DNA from: an uncultured Methanosarcinales archaeon
GTDB taxonomy: Archaea; Nanobdellota; Nanobdellia; Woesearchaeales; CAZYIM01
DNA: 64,000 bases
Reading direction: 5' to 3'
NCBI GenBank assembly: GCA_964647565.1
Contig: CAZYIM010000008.1
Span: 12,045 to 76,044, forward strand
The notes under the pieces were generated by a model. That model worked only from the letters and a program-made list of their open reading frames with translations. It was not told where the DNA came from and ran no database searches. How positions within the stretch are numbered: the stretch's first letter is position 1; each line of letters opens with the position of its first letter. Positions 47,639-56,886 of the stretch are shown here, in pieces. The translations under genes were made by a program, and so were the position numbers.

Positions 47639-47736
47639 TTTTCTTTATTTTGGCTACAAAAAAACCTTGTCACTTTGTTCCTTGAGTTTTTTCGTGCGTA
47701 TCTATATTTTCTTTATTTTGGCTACAAAAAAACCTT
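47639..47736. repeat. 30-bp perfect direct repeat duplicating the 3' end of the RsmB/NOP2 gene
   Basis: ttttctttattttggctacaaaaaaacctt at 47639-47668 and 47707-47736. Confidence 0.9.
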
Positions 47737-48652
47737 CTGTGTCGTTGTCCTGGGGGTAGATTCTTAGGCAATGCTTAACAGACGGATGGATATCTATGTT
47801 CTCCCATTTTGTGATCGGGTCTGACTGCTTTATTTTCAGTTTTATTGGCATCAACTTGGCGTTATCAAAGTTTTTTAGTAAGCTGCTGACCATGCCTTCA
47901 TCTTCAAGAGGCTCAAGGGTGCAGGTTGAGTATACCAAGGTTCCGCCTGGCTTGAGTACTTTGAATCCTGATTCTAGTAATCTCGACTGTAGTCCTGCCA
48001 TTTGTTTGACTGAGTTGGGAGACCACATTTTCAGGGTTTTTAGGGATCTTCTGATAGTGCCAGTTGCACTGCAGGGTGCATCTACAAGCACTTTATCAAA
48101 CTCTGTTTTCTTGAACCAGTTTCCAGACATCTGTGTTAGGATGGCATTGTGTACTCCGCATCTTTCCATGTTAAGGCCAAGAGCCTTTATCCGGTCGCCC
48201 AGTAGTTCATTGGAAATAAGAAGTCCCTTATTTTTCATCATGCCTGCGATTTGGGTTGATTTTGAGCCTGGAGCTGCACACATATCCAGAACCATTTCAT
48301 CTGGCTTGGGATCCAGGACAACAGGAGGTATCATGGATGCAGCATCCTGCACATAGATATAGCCGAGATTGTGTTCTGGTGTGTTGCCAATGTCAAATCG
48401 TTTCTTGTCTTTGTATTCTATCCAAAAACCCTCTTTGCACCAGGGAACTGGGATTAGCTTCCAGTTTCTAGAAAGACGTTTCTTTAGATTGGGGATAGGG
48501 ATCTTCAGAGTGTTGACCCGGATGCATTTTCTGATGTATGATAATGAGTATTCCATGAACTCATCATATCTATTTCCAAGAAGCTGCTTGTAATGTTCAA
48601 CAAACTTATCCTTGATCTCAATCTTTTCACGGTCAGGGATTGGTTCTAACAT
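47702..48652 (-). CDS. RsmB/NOL1/NOP2-family RNA m5C methyltransferase
   Basis: YVQDAASM, LDMCAAPGSKSTQ, DAPCSATG, YSTCT...EDE, GFFVAK. Confidence 0.93.
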   Translation of the reverse strand: MLEPIPDREKIEIKDKFVEHYKQLLGNRYDEFMEYSLSYIRKCIRVNTLKIPIPNLKKRLSRNWKLIPVPWCKEGFWIEYKDKKRFDIGNTPEHNLGYIYVQDAASMIPPVVLDPKPDEMVLDMCAAPGSKSTQIAGMMKNKGLLISNELLGDRIKALGLNMERCGVHNAILTQMSGNWFKKTEFDKVLVDAPCSATGTIRRSLKTLKMWSPNSVKQMAGLQSRLLESGFKVLKPGGTLVYSTCTLEPLEDEGMVSSLLKNFDNAKLMPIKLKIKQSDPITKWENIDIHPSVKHCLRIYPQDNDTEGFFVAKIKKI

Positions 48653-48653
48653 T

Positions 48654-49517
48654 TTAATATAGAAAAAGTATATTATTAAATGTTTTTTGGAAACTTTGGA
48701 GATTTTTTTTCTCAGGTAGTCGCGGGTCTAGATAAAATGGATTGATTTCTGATTTCAAATAGGCTATTGAAACTTCAAGCTGGTAATTCTCATCCATCTG
48801 CTTTTGCCTTTCCAAGATTCCTGGAAATCTCTTGGTTACGTTCCTATTGATCCCATCTGGCAAGGGTTGGATATAAGTTGAGTACAGGTTTTCAGCAGCA
48901 GCCACATATCTTTGTTTCATGGTTTCTAAAGAGTCTGCTATCGTAGTAATTTTACCAATATCTAAATCCAATACGGGGATTCCTGCGTCTATCAGACTAA
49001 GAAGAATTGATGAAAAGCTGTTGGTGCCTCTGGAGTAGAAATCAGTTGTGAATTTTATCTTGTTTACAAGAGCATCTATCTGGATCGTTTCATAATTATT
49101 TGATATTGGTGTGTCGACAGATACAAGAGCTTTGATATCCTTAGCTTGATACTTGTTCATCCTTATGCAGCCATGGCTCATGGCATAGCCAAGGGTGTAA
49201 TCCTCGTGAAAACCGTGTACTGCAAATGCTGCCTTTCTGTTTTCATCAAACACAAGTACTGTGCCGGAATATGCTCCGCCTGTATCTTCAATACGGATTA
49301 TCTTATAATCGCCGATTGGTGTTGGAGTGGACGGCTTGCCTACTGCAATCTTGTGATGGCTTACAAGTGAGTCGTTCTTGAAGAACTCCAGTTGGAACTT
49401 AGGGATATTTGTGGTTATCTTATAGGAATCTTTTTTTGGTTTATCCTGAGCAAATCCAGTACCTAATGATAACATAGAGAAAAGAAAGGTGAAAGCTGCG
49501 GTCTTCCATCGCTTCAT
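48654..49517 (-). CDS. L,D-transpeptidase (YkuD-domain) protein with signal peptide
   Basis: IAVGKPSTPTP.G.Y.I, AVHG......G.AMSHGCIRM (HxxxxSHGC catalytic motif). Confidence 0.85.
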   Translation of the reverse strand: MKRWKTAAFTFLFSMLSLGTGFAQDKPKKDSYKITTNIPKFQLEFFKNDSLVSHHKIAVGKPSTPTPIGDYKIIRIEDTGGAYSGTVLVFDENRKAAFAVHGFHEDYTLGYAMSHGCIRMNKYQAKDIKALVSVDTPISNNYETIQIDALVNKIKFTTDFYSRGTNSFSSILLSLIDAGIPVLDLDIGKITTIADSLETMKQRYVAAAENLYSTYIQPLPDGINRNVTKRFPGILERQKQMDENYQLEVSIAYLKSEINPFYLDPRLPEKKNLQSFQKTFNNILFLY

Positions 49518-49585
49518 ACTGTTTTTAAGAATAACTACTATTTAAACCTTAGGGATAGGAGATGAGACCTTTTTTAAATCAAATT

Positions 49586-49723
49586 AAATAATAAGCATTC
49601 ATACATGGCACAGACGGCCAAATAAAGATTTGTCCTACTCGGCTAAAGCCTCGCCTGGCCATGGTTCGCAAGCTTCTTTGCGAACCCGAGAACAAACGAA
49701 GTGACCATGAATGCTTATTATTT
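49586..49723 (-). ncRNA. structured element copy B: unknown three-way-junction motif inside a 17-bp perfect inverted repeat
   Basis: aaataataagcattcat/atgaatgcttattattt; minus-strand core UGGC-CAGGC-GA-[GGC UUUA GCC]-GAGUA-[GG...CC]-GUCUG-U-GCCA. Confidence 0.6.
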
Positions 49724-49731
49724 TAGAAGTA

Positions 49732-51399
49732 CTATGCTAATTTCTTAACCATGTAGAATCCTTGTTTCTTATAACCGAACTTTCTGTAATACTCCCTGAC
49801 ACCGACACCCGAAATGACAACCATCTTGCTTTTTTTCTTTTTCTTGGCTATCTCTTCTGCTTTCTTGAGTAATTGTCTGCCAAAGCCTTTATGTTGGATC
49901 GCACCTTTTTTTCCAATCGCAGTTGCAGCACCATAAACATGCAGTTCTCTGATGATAGCCTCTTTATTATCCTGGCTGGGAAATCTCATCCTGCAAAAAC
50001 CAAGCAACCTGTCTTTATTAGTTAGAGATATAAAGTACTCTCTGCCTTTTGAAGCCTGGTAATCAAGGATTTCAAGCTTTATGCTGCCTTTGATGGCTTC
50101 GTGCTTTATCTCTCTGCATCTGATGCAATTGCATATCAGCTTTTTCTGTTTCATCAATGCAGAGATCATCTGTCGAAGATTGGTCCTGTCAACACCAGCA
50201 GACCTAACATAAGTTGGGATATCTCTTTGCACTCTCATGATCCTGCAATACTTGGGTACGACTTTTTTTAGTTCTATGATGATATCCATTGCCTGCTGTG
50301 TGCTCAGCGGCTTAAACTTGCCTTGTTTGTATAACTTGTAGAGTTTAGTACCTTGCATGATCATGCATGCATATATCTTTAGCATGTCTGGCCTGAAGTG
50401 GGGATTGAAGAAGAACTCCTTTAGACCGTCTATATCCTGTTTTTTTGAAATGTCTGGAAGACCAGGCATCACATGATAGTTGATCTTAAGACCCATATCC
50501 TTAAGGATTCTTGTGGCATTGATAGAGTCTGTGACTGTATGTCCCCTTTCAATATTTAATAATGCTTTGTCATAGACACTCTGTACTCCAAGTTCTACTC
50601 GTGTACATCCATATCTCAGCATCTCCAACGCATGTTTTTTATTTGCATAATCGGGTCTGGTCTCGATGGTCAGGCCAACACACCTGATATTGGATTTCTC
50701 GTTCAGCTGCTGTTCTTTTTCAATGGTTGTGTTCTTTTTCTTTAGCTGTCTTAGCTGCTGCTTTATCATTGAAACTCTCTTTTTATCACCGACTTTGCCT
50801 GGCAGGCCAAAGAACTTTCTAAACTTTTCAATATCAAGTTCATTTTTCCTATAAAAAAGCCTGGAAAAGTCATTCATGGCCTGATAGCAGAGCCTTATGA
50901 ACGTATCTCTATATTGTTTTGGAAAGCTTATGAAGGTGCCTCCCATTATGATCAGCTCAACTTTTTCCGGATTCTGGCCTAAAACAACATACTGCTCGAG
51001 CCTGTTCATGATCTGCAAATATGGATCGTATTCATTCCGAATAGCCCTCATGGTGGCTGGTTCTTTTCCTGTGTATGATTGGGGTATTTTTCCGAAAAAA
51101 GACTTAGGGCCGCCCGGACACATGATGCACTTGCCGTGAGGACATTTGTATGGCTTGCTCATTATGGCAACTACTGCGACCCCGCTCATAGTCCTTCCTG
51201 GCTTGGTATATAGATATTTTCTAAGGAAATTTAAGTCCTCTTTCTTGCAATGCATCAATACCTGGATGTCAGTAGGGATGTTCTTTACTTTCAGCTCTTT
51301 GCAGAGATCTATCTTCTTTTTAGAGATCTGCCTCTTGGATGGCTTGTTTAGCTTGATATAAGAGATAAGTTCTATATAGTAGTCATCTTCTTTGGACAT
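49732..51399 (-). CDS. elp3: tRNA uridine(34) acetyltransferase Elp3
   Basis: RTMSGVAVVA, CPHGKCIMCPGGP, QSYTG.EP, ETRPD, ELGVQ, RELHVYG, QHKGFG, ISGVGVREYY. Confidence 0.96.
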   Translation of the reverse strand: MSKEDDYYIELISYIKLNKPSKRQISKKKIDLCKELKVKNIPTDIQVLMHCKKEDLNFLRKYLYTKPGRTMSGVAVVAIMSKPYKCPHGKCIMCPGGPKSFFGKIPQSYTGKEPATMRAIRNEYDPYLQIMNRLEQYVVLGQNPEKVELIIMGGTFISFPKQYRDTFIRLCYQAMNDFSRLFYRKNELDIEKFRKFFGLPGKVGDKKRVSMIKQQLRQLKKKNTTIEKEQQLNEKSNIRCVGLTIETRPDYANKKHALEMLRYGCTRVELGVQSVYDKALLNIERGHTVTDSINATRILKDMGLKINYHVMPGLPDISKKQDIDGLKEFFFNPHFRPDMLKIYACMIMQGTKLYKLYKQGKFKPLSTQQAMDIIIELKKVVPKYCRIMRVQRDIPTYVRSAGVDRTNLRQMISALMKQKKLICNCIRCREIKHEAIKGSIKLEILDYQASKGREYFISLTNKDRLLGFCRMRFPSQDNKEAIIRELHVYGAATAIGKKGAIQHKGFGRQLLKKAEEIAKKKKKSKMVVISGVGVREYYRKFGYKKQGFYMVKKLA

Positions 51400-51456
51400 A
51401 ACAATCAAGGTTCAGAAATGATTTAAAAGTTTTATTAAAACACTTTGTATGTTTTT

Positions 51457-53205
51457 TTAGATCCAGGCTTTTCTTTTTGGTTTTTTATCAGATAAGATAT
51501 CTCTGGCAAACTGTATCTTCTTCTCATGCGACCAATATTTCTTGACATGGAATGTTGTTCCTTTATATATGATGAACTCACTATCGCTGTCAATGCCTCT
51601 CATTTGTCGTTCTGTCTCGGGATCTAATGAGCCGCTGGAACTACTGAACCTCTTATTATTGATATTGTCGTAGCATCCTGGCTTGTCCCCGTTGATCTTT
51701 ACTTTTCTATATGTGTCTAATGCGAGTGGTGGTGTTGTATCGTATGGATATGGTGTTATCGGGGCATAAGTTTGCGGCACATCCCATTTGTCAAGCTTGT
51801 TCTTATCCTGGACATACCGAAACACTTTCATATGCTTATTTTTATTTCCAGGGTCATAAATGGTCAACTCCAATGCGGGCGCATCGAGATTGATTATCAT
51901 CTCAGCAAACATTTGCTCATCAAACAACTGGGAGCTGGACTCTTTGAAGACAATCTCATCGAGTTTTTCCGAGTCAGTTCGAGGGCTGCCGATGATATTT
52001 AATACATAATCTTTCTTTAAGGTATGGAAGATCATTGATGTTCCGTTTAATGTCTCTTCTGAAAAATGCATTCTGAAACAATATTGCTTCTTGTCTATGA
52101 TCTTCTTATGCAGATCAAAATATAGTCTCGGATTTTTACCTATGATCTTGGCATAGCTTTCAAGTGTGGATTTTCTCTCTGATACAGAAATCCTTGTAGC
52201 GATCCTTTTGAAGAACTGAAAAATATCTGTCCTGAAGAAAGTTGACATGTCTGTTAGCTTTTCTGAATCTGTGAATTCAATAAACTCGTATTCCCCGTCC
52301 CGAGGTTTTCTTTCTTTCGGGAAAATCTCTAAGATATTATTCCACAATTCTTTAACAACTGCGTACAGTTCTGGGTTGTTCTCTATTGGTTTTAATTTTA
52401 CATATTCCTGGTGGTCTGGCCAGAGATAGTCTGCTTTGTCAATTCTGTTATGTAGTGTCCTGTCAACATCATTTAGATGCCTGAACTCAAGGCCCATTTG
52501 GGTCTTGCCTTTTTTTTGTGATTCCAGAACCTTGTGAATCACAAGATCTGAAATATTTTTCTTCAAGAGTGCATTATCAATTTCAAGAAAGTCTGTAAGC
52601 TCATTCAAAGAGAAGCCATCCGGATCAAGATAGTTTAAACACCAATGGAACTCTTGTTCTATATTGTCTTTGATCAAGTCTGTAGTTGAATAGATGATCG
52701 GCCATACTTGATTCTTGTGTGCAAGAAAATAAGTAATCGCATCTTCTTCCTCTATCTCCTCAACAACGAAACATCTTTTATTGAATACAATCTTAAAGGC
52801 AGGTGTTAGGTCTGTCAGTTTATCAACACCAAACTCTTTGTTGAGCTCAGCAATCTTTTTCTGTAAATAGCTGTAGTCCCTATTTAACTTGTAAGGATGT
52901 TTTTTCAGATCCTCAAGTTGAGACAGGCATTTGCTTACTTCTGGGTAGATATTCCTGTTTTCAAAAGCAAGGGTATAGACTTTTTTATCCTTGTTCCAGC
53001 CTATCTTGGTCAGATCGTAATTTAACTCAGGAACCTTATCAAGAAACTTATTGAGCAAATCAAAGTTGGCGTGGACCAGTTCGTTCTGGATATCGCCAAA
53101 TCTAGCTGGTTTGCCATCGAAATCTGCCACCAGTTTCTGTCCTTCTCTTTTAATAGAAATGTTAGCAGATCCATAATCATTTAAAAAAACAGTCTCCATT
53201 TTCAA
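51457..53205 (-). CDS. hypothetical protein, paralog of 53255..55654
   Basis: Shared segments, e.g. LNRDYSYLQKKI / LNKDYSSLQQNI and KDYVLNI / KNYVINF. Confidence 0.75.
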   Translation of the reverse strand: MKMETVFLNDYGSANISIKREGQKLVADFDGKPARFGDIQNELVHANFDLLNKFLDKVPELNYDLTKIGWNKDKKVYTLAFENRNIYPEVSKCLSQLEDLKKHPYKLNRDYSYLQKKIAELNKEFGVDKLTDLTPAFKIVFNKRCFVVEEIEEEDAITYFLAHKNQVWPIIYSTTDLIKDNIEQEFHWCLNYLDPDGFSLNELTDFLEIDNALLKKNISDLVIHKVLESQKKGKTQMGLEFRHLNDVDRTLHNRIDKADYLWPDHQEYVKLKPIENNPELYAVVKELWNNILEIFPKERKPRDGEYEFIEFTDSEKLTDMSTFFRTDIFQFFKRIATRISVSERKSTLESYAKIIGKNPRLYFDLHKKIIDKKQYCFRMHFSEETLNGTSMIFHTLKKDYVLNIIGSPRTDSEKLDEIVFKESSSQLFDEQMFAEMIINLDAPALELTIYDPGNKNKHMKVFRYVQDKNKLDKWDVPQTYAPITPYPYDTTPPLALDTYRKVKINGDKPGCYDNINNKRFSSSSGSLDPETERQMRGIDSDSEFIIYKGTTFHVKKYWSHEKKIQFARDILSDKKPKRKAWI

Positions 53206-53254
53206 AGGGTAGTGGAATATAATTTATATTCTTATGGATTTGATTGAGAAAAAA

Positions 53255-55654
53255 TTACTTGCCAGGTTCCTTTGCATACCTGTAAACAATAGGCTTCTTT
53301 TTTGGAACATAGCAGGTCATCTCAATCTTGTCAGCCCCAGAATTTGCCACTAGCTCAGTGAACTTTTGGTCATCGGTCAATTCCCTGGAAACCATCATGT
53401 TCTGATTGAAAAGACAGTTTGGTTTATCGCCAAATATATGTTCAGGATGATCTAGCTTGTCTGTGCTCATGAAATTAATTACATAGTTCTTTTCAGGTGT
53501 GTTCATCAACACAGAGACCATGAAATACTTATTGTCTTCGCTGGTTGTTTTATCAAGGAAAAAGTAATCTTTCTTGTTTATTTCGTGGAAGGTGCCATGG
53601 AACTCAGAGACCTTGCCTCTTAGCTCAAGCACTTGCTCAAGCAGTTTTTGCTGAACCTCTTTTTGGCTTTCATCTTTGGCATCAACATATAGTTGTCCGA
53701 TCTCATCTTCTTGTTTTGGTGTGTATCTCTGGCCGCTTTTATCAACTCTGTACTCAAAATCTACTACATAAACATAACCAACAATGTCTCCTTTCATACC
53801 TTCTTTTAATTGATCGCCTTTTTCTCCAGGATATTCGAAATCAGCAACAGAACCTTTCAGCTCGATCTTATCATTGATCTTAAACTCTTGAGCATCGTAC
53901 CATTCAGGCAAGTCCTTGGCTGCTTCAGTGACTTTCATCTCTGATGAATCGAGACAGACTTCCTGGCCTTCTCCGAGTCGAACATAAAACTTACCCTTGT
54001 CGAGTTTAAGAACAGGTCCATAACTTCCCACCCAAAGATGCTCTTTGAACTCATCAGTATTAATCTTGTCATTGGCAGTCACAACAACTCCTGGCAGTAT
54101 TCCATACAAAGGGGGGTTGCTATTGAATTTTTCGAATATTGCTTCTATTTGATCATAGACTTTTTGGAAGCCAAGTTTGAAGTTAATTGCTTTAACATTG
54201 ATTGGCAGGTGCCATTCCTTGAAAGCCTTTTTTAGGGCTCCTTCAAGTGATTGTACGTTCTTATCCATGATTTTCTTGTATTTTAGATTGTCTTTTTCAG
54301 ATTCCCTGGGATGTTGTTTGATAACGCTATGATATCCGTCTTTTTTGAAGAAAGGATAATTAAAGTCTTTTGCAAGGGCTGTTTTGTTTAATGAATTGCC
54401 AAAGGCAATTGCATTTCTATTCCCGCCAGTTGTTTTACCTTTACCCAATGCTTGAATCTCAGAGTAGAGTTCTGCAACAACCTGGGTGACATCTTGGTCC
54501 TCTGCTGCTTTTGGCACTACGAACTGCAGCAGGTTGTAGTTGAAACCAGGCTGATAGAAATTCTTGTCGTGATAAAGGTTCACAAGATTATCAAAATAGC
54601 TTCCTATGTGCTCTACGCCGACAGTCTTGGCATTCTCTACAGACGAACTGACCAGTTTTAACATCTGTTCTTTTATAGAATCAGTGTCAACCTCCAGATA
54701 TTCCTTAATCCTGTTAAGCACTCTGGATTCATTTGCGTCGATTGTGATTATGTTCTCTGCCTTTGACCAAATACCCTTGCTATTGGTTGAGAAAAACATG
54801 GGTGTTTTAAGCTCATCTGAATATAGGAAATAGTTTTTTTCGTTATTATTTTCGAGTATGAATGCTTTCTTTGTGATCTGAGTTTGTGTTATAGGCAATA
54901 GATCTTGGACTGAATCGATACCGTAAGTTGTGATTAGATTCAATATATTCTGTTGGAGACTGCTATAATCTTTGTTTAAATTTTCAGGGTTCTCAGACAG
55001 CTCATTAATGGCTGCATTGAACTCTAGTGCCCTTTGCATGTCGCCTATGCCTTTGAAGTTCAATACGAAGTTTCTATCCTTGTTGTTGATTGTGATTTTA
55101 CCTAGTTCATATCTGATACCTGCTTTTTTTGCCAGGATATGTTCAATGACAGGATAGTTTTTATCGACGAATTGGTTAAGATGTGTCGAGAAGAAGTCTG
55201 ACATCCTTTTCTGATCGACTTCTATATCTTTTCCTTTGATATTAAATCCGATCTTGTTCTTTTCAATACCAGTTATATTGATGGTTTCAGATGACTGTCT
55301 GAAAAGATTCTCTGCAGCGGATATATCATTATAGACTGTTGAAACGATCTCCCTATCCTCCTTGTTTTTGAAGGTGTGGAAATCATCGAAAATCCTTGGA
55401 AGTGTGTTATAGTTAAGGTCGTTGGTGGATGATAAAGCCAGCAGGACCTCAGATTCATATCTCTTTATTTTTTCAGGACTGTACAAATTGTTAAGCTTGG
55501 TTCCTTCTGGAAAGATTCTGCTCAGGATATGCAATAGAACAGCATCGCTTATTGCGCTCTCATTGTTCTTTGCAGCTGCTGTCCTTACATTCTTGAGCTC
55601 AGATTTCATCTGGTCTAGAGTGATGTTCTCTTTCATCTTTTGATCCTTCTCCAA
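53255..55654 (-). CDS. large hypothetical protein
   Basis: 799-aa ORF overlapping the upstream gene. Confidence 0.75.
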   Translation of the reverse strand: MEKDQKMKENITLDQMKSELKNVRTAAAKNNESAISDAVLLHILSRIFPEGTKLNNLYSPEKIKRYESEVLLALSSTNDLNYNTLPRIFDDFHTFKNKEDREIVSTVYNDISAAENLFRQSSETINITGIEKNKIGFNIKGKDIEVDQKRMSDFFSTHLNQFVDKNYPVIEHILAKKAGIRYELGKITINNKDRNFVLNFKGIGDMQRALEFNAAINELSENPENLNKDYSSLQQNILNLITTYGIDSVQDLLPITQTQITKKAFILENNNEKNYFLYSDELKTPMFFSTNSKGIWSKAENIITIDANESRVLNRIKEYLEVDTDSIKEQMLKLVSSSVENAKTVGVEHIGSYFDNLVNLYHDKNFYQPGFNYNLLQFVVPKAAEDQDVTQVVAELYSEIQALGKGKTTGGNRNAIAFGNSLNKTALAKDFNYPFFKKDGYHSVIKQHPRESEKDNLKYKKIMDKNVQSLEGALKKAFKEWHLPINVKAINFKLGFQKVYDQIEAIFEKFNSNPPLYGILPGVVVTANDKINTDEFKEHLWVGSYGPVLKLDKGKFYVRLGEGQEVCLDSSEMKVTEAAKDLPEWYDAQEFKINDKIELKGSVADFEYPGEKGDQLKEGMKGDIVGYVYVVDFEYRVDKSGQRYTPKQEDEIGQLYVDAKDESQKEVQQKLLEQVLELRGKVSEFHGTFHEINKKDYFFLDKTTSEDNKYFMVSVLMNTPEKNYVINFMSTDKLDHPEHIFGDKPNCLFNQNMMVSRELTDDQKFTELVANSGADKIEMTCYVPKKKPIVYRYAKEPGK

Positions 55655-56853
55655 GGGGTTTTTTTCTTACTACCTTTCTCGTCCGGGTTGCCTATTTTTG
55701 TTTCGAAATCAATCTTTTTTACTGCAGGAACAACATACTCTGTTACTGGCATGGTCAAGTTGTTTAGATCTATTTCTAAATTCTCATTATTTGATACAAA
55801 CCGGACATGTCTTTCAGGAGTACTGCCTATGCTGACAACCTCTTCTTTAATAGCTAGAAAATGTGCATCCGTTCCATATTTTAAATGAAAATTTTTTTGG
55901 CTGTCGAGTTGAGGGAAAATGTCTTGGAAAATCTTGTAGTTATTTATTCCGGGATGATAGAACGGACCTATATTGATGGCTCGAACTGTGTTCAAACTTT
56001 CAGGAAAGTTGAGTTTCACTGTATGCCATACAGCTTCAATACCTATAGCCACCAAATCCTTCAGACTATTTTGGAAGATCTTGTTCATCACTAGATTGTA
56101 TTTTTGCTCTTCGCCTTTTTTCTTTTCTGCTTTTATCATTGAATATGGAGTGACGATAGGTTGAGCATTACGATTTCTTCCCCCCCAAAGCATAAGGCCT
56201 CTGCTTCCATTGTTTTCTTGACTTACTGCTTCTTCAGTCATTTCGATTTGCCAATGGACTGGCTGGTTTCTTATCCCATTATAGGTTGAATGTTTGAGGG
56301 TAATCTGAGGTGGTTTTTTCCAGTCATGAGCTCCATTTACCTTTTTACCGTCCGCATAAACATTGTATATTTCATAGTCAGGAAACTCGTCTTGTTTCTG
56401 GGTTTGTTCAACTTCATGATGGAATCTTATGTGCCTATAATATTTTTGTTGAACTTGAGGTGATTTTCCCTTAGCCAGAAGTTCTGCTGCTTTTTGTGCA
56501 AGTTCGTTCTCTTTTCTTTTTCTTGATTCATCATTTGTTAAGTCAGAAAATATGGTCTGATCCCTTTTAATAATATCACTGATCTCTGCTTTCGTTGGAA
56601 ATCCTGATCCTGCATCGACACATATTCTTTCTTTAATACCGCCGGTTTCTGTATACATCAAGAAGGGTAATGCTGCAGTCAATCGTGAATCATAATCATC
56701 CGGAACAATCTTTTTTGCACTAGCTGCTACAAGCATATTTCTCAGACAATCAAGATAAGTATTTTGGTTAGGATTTTTAAAGGTTAGAATATTTATATCT
56801 ATATGATCTCCCCCAATAACCTTCTTGACCAGATTATAATCTGACTTCTCCAT
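55633..56853 (-). CDS. hypothetical protein
   Basis: 406-aa ORF with GAGGGG RBS. Confidence 0.75.
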   Translation of the reverse strand: MEKSDYNLVKKVIGGDHIDINILTFKNPNQNTYLDCLRNMLVAASAKKIVPDDYDSRLTAALPFLMYTETGGIKERICVDAGSGFPTKAEISDIIKRDQTIFSDLTNDESRKRKENELAQKAAELLAKGKSPQVQQKYYRHIRFHHEVEQTQKQDEFPDYEIYNVYADGKKVNGAHDWKKPPQITLKHSTYNGIRNQPVHWQIEMTEEAVSQENNGSRGLMLWGGRNRNAQPIVTPYSMIKAEKKKGEEQKYNLVMNKIFQNSLKDLVAIGIEAVWHTVKLNFPESLNTVRAINIGPFYHPGINNYKIFQDIFPQLDSQKNFHLKYGTDAHFLAIKEEVVSIGSTPERHVRFVSNNENLEIDLNNLTMPVTEYVVPAVKKIDFETKIGNPDEKGSKKKTPWRRIKR

Positions 56854-56886
56854 GAAATCCCCTCTGTCTGCTTAAATGAACAATGC

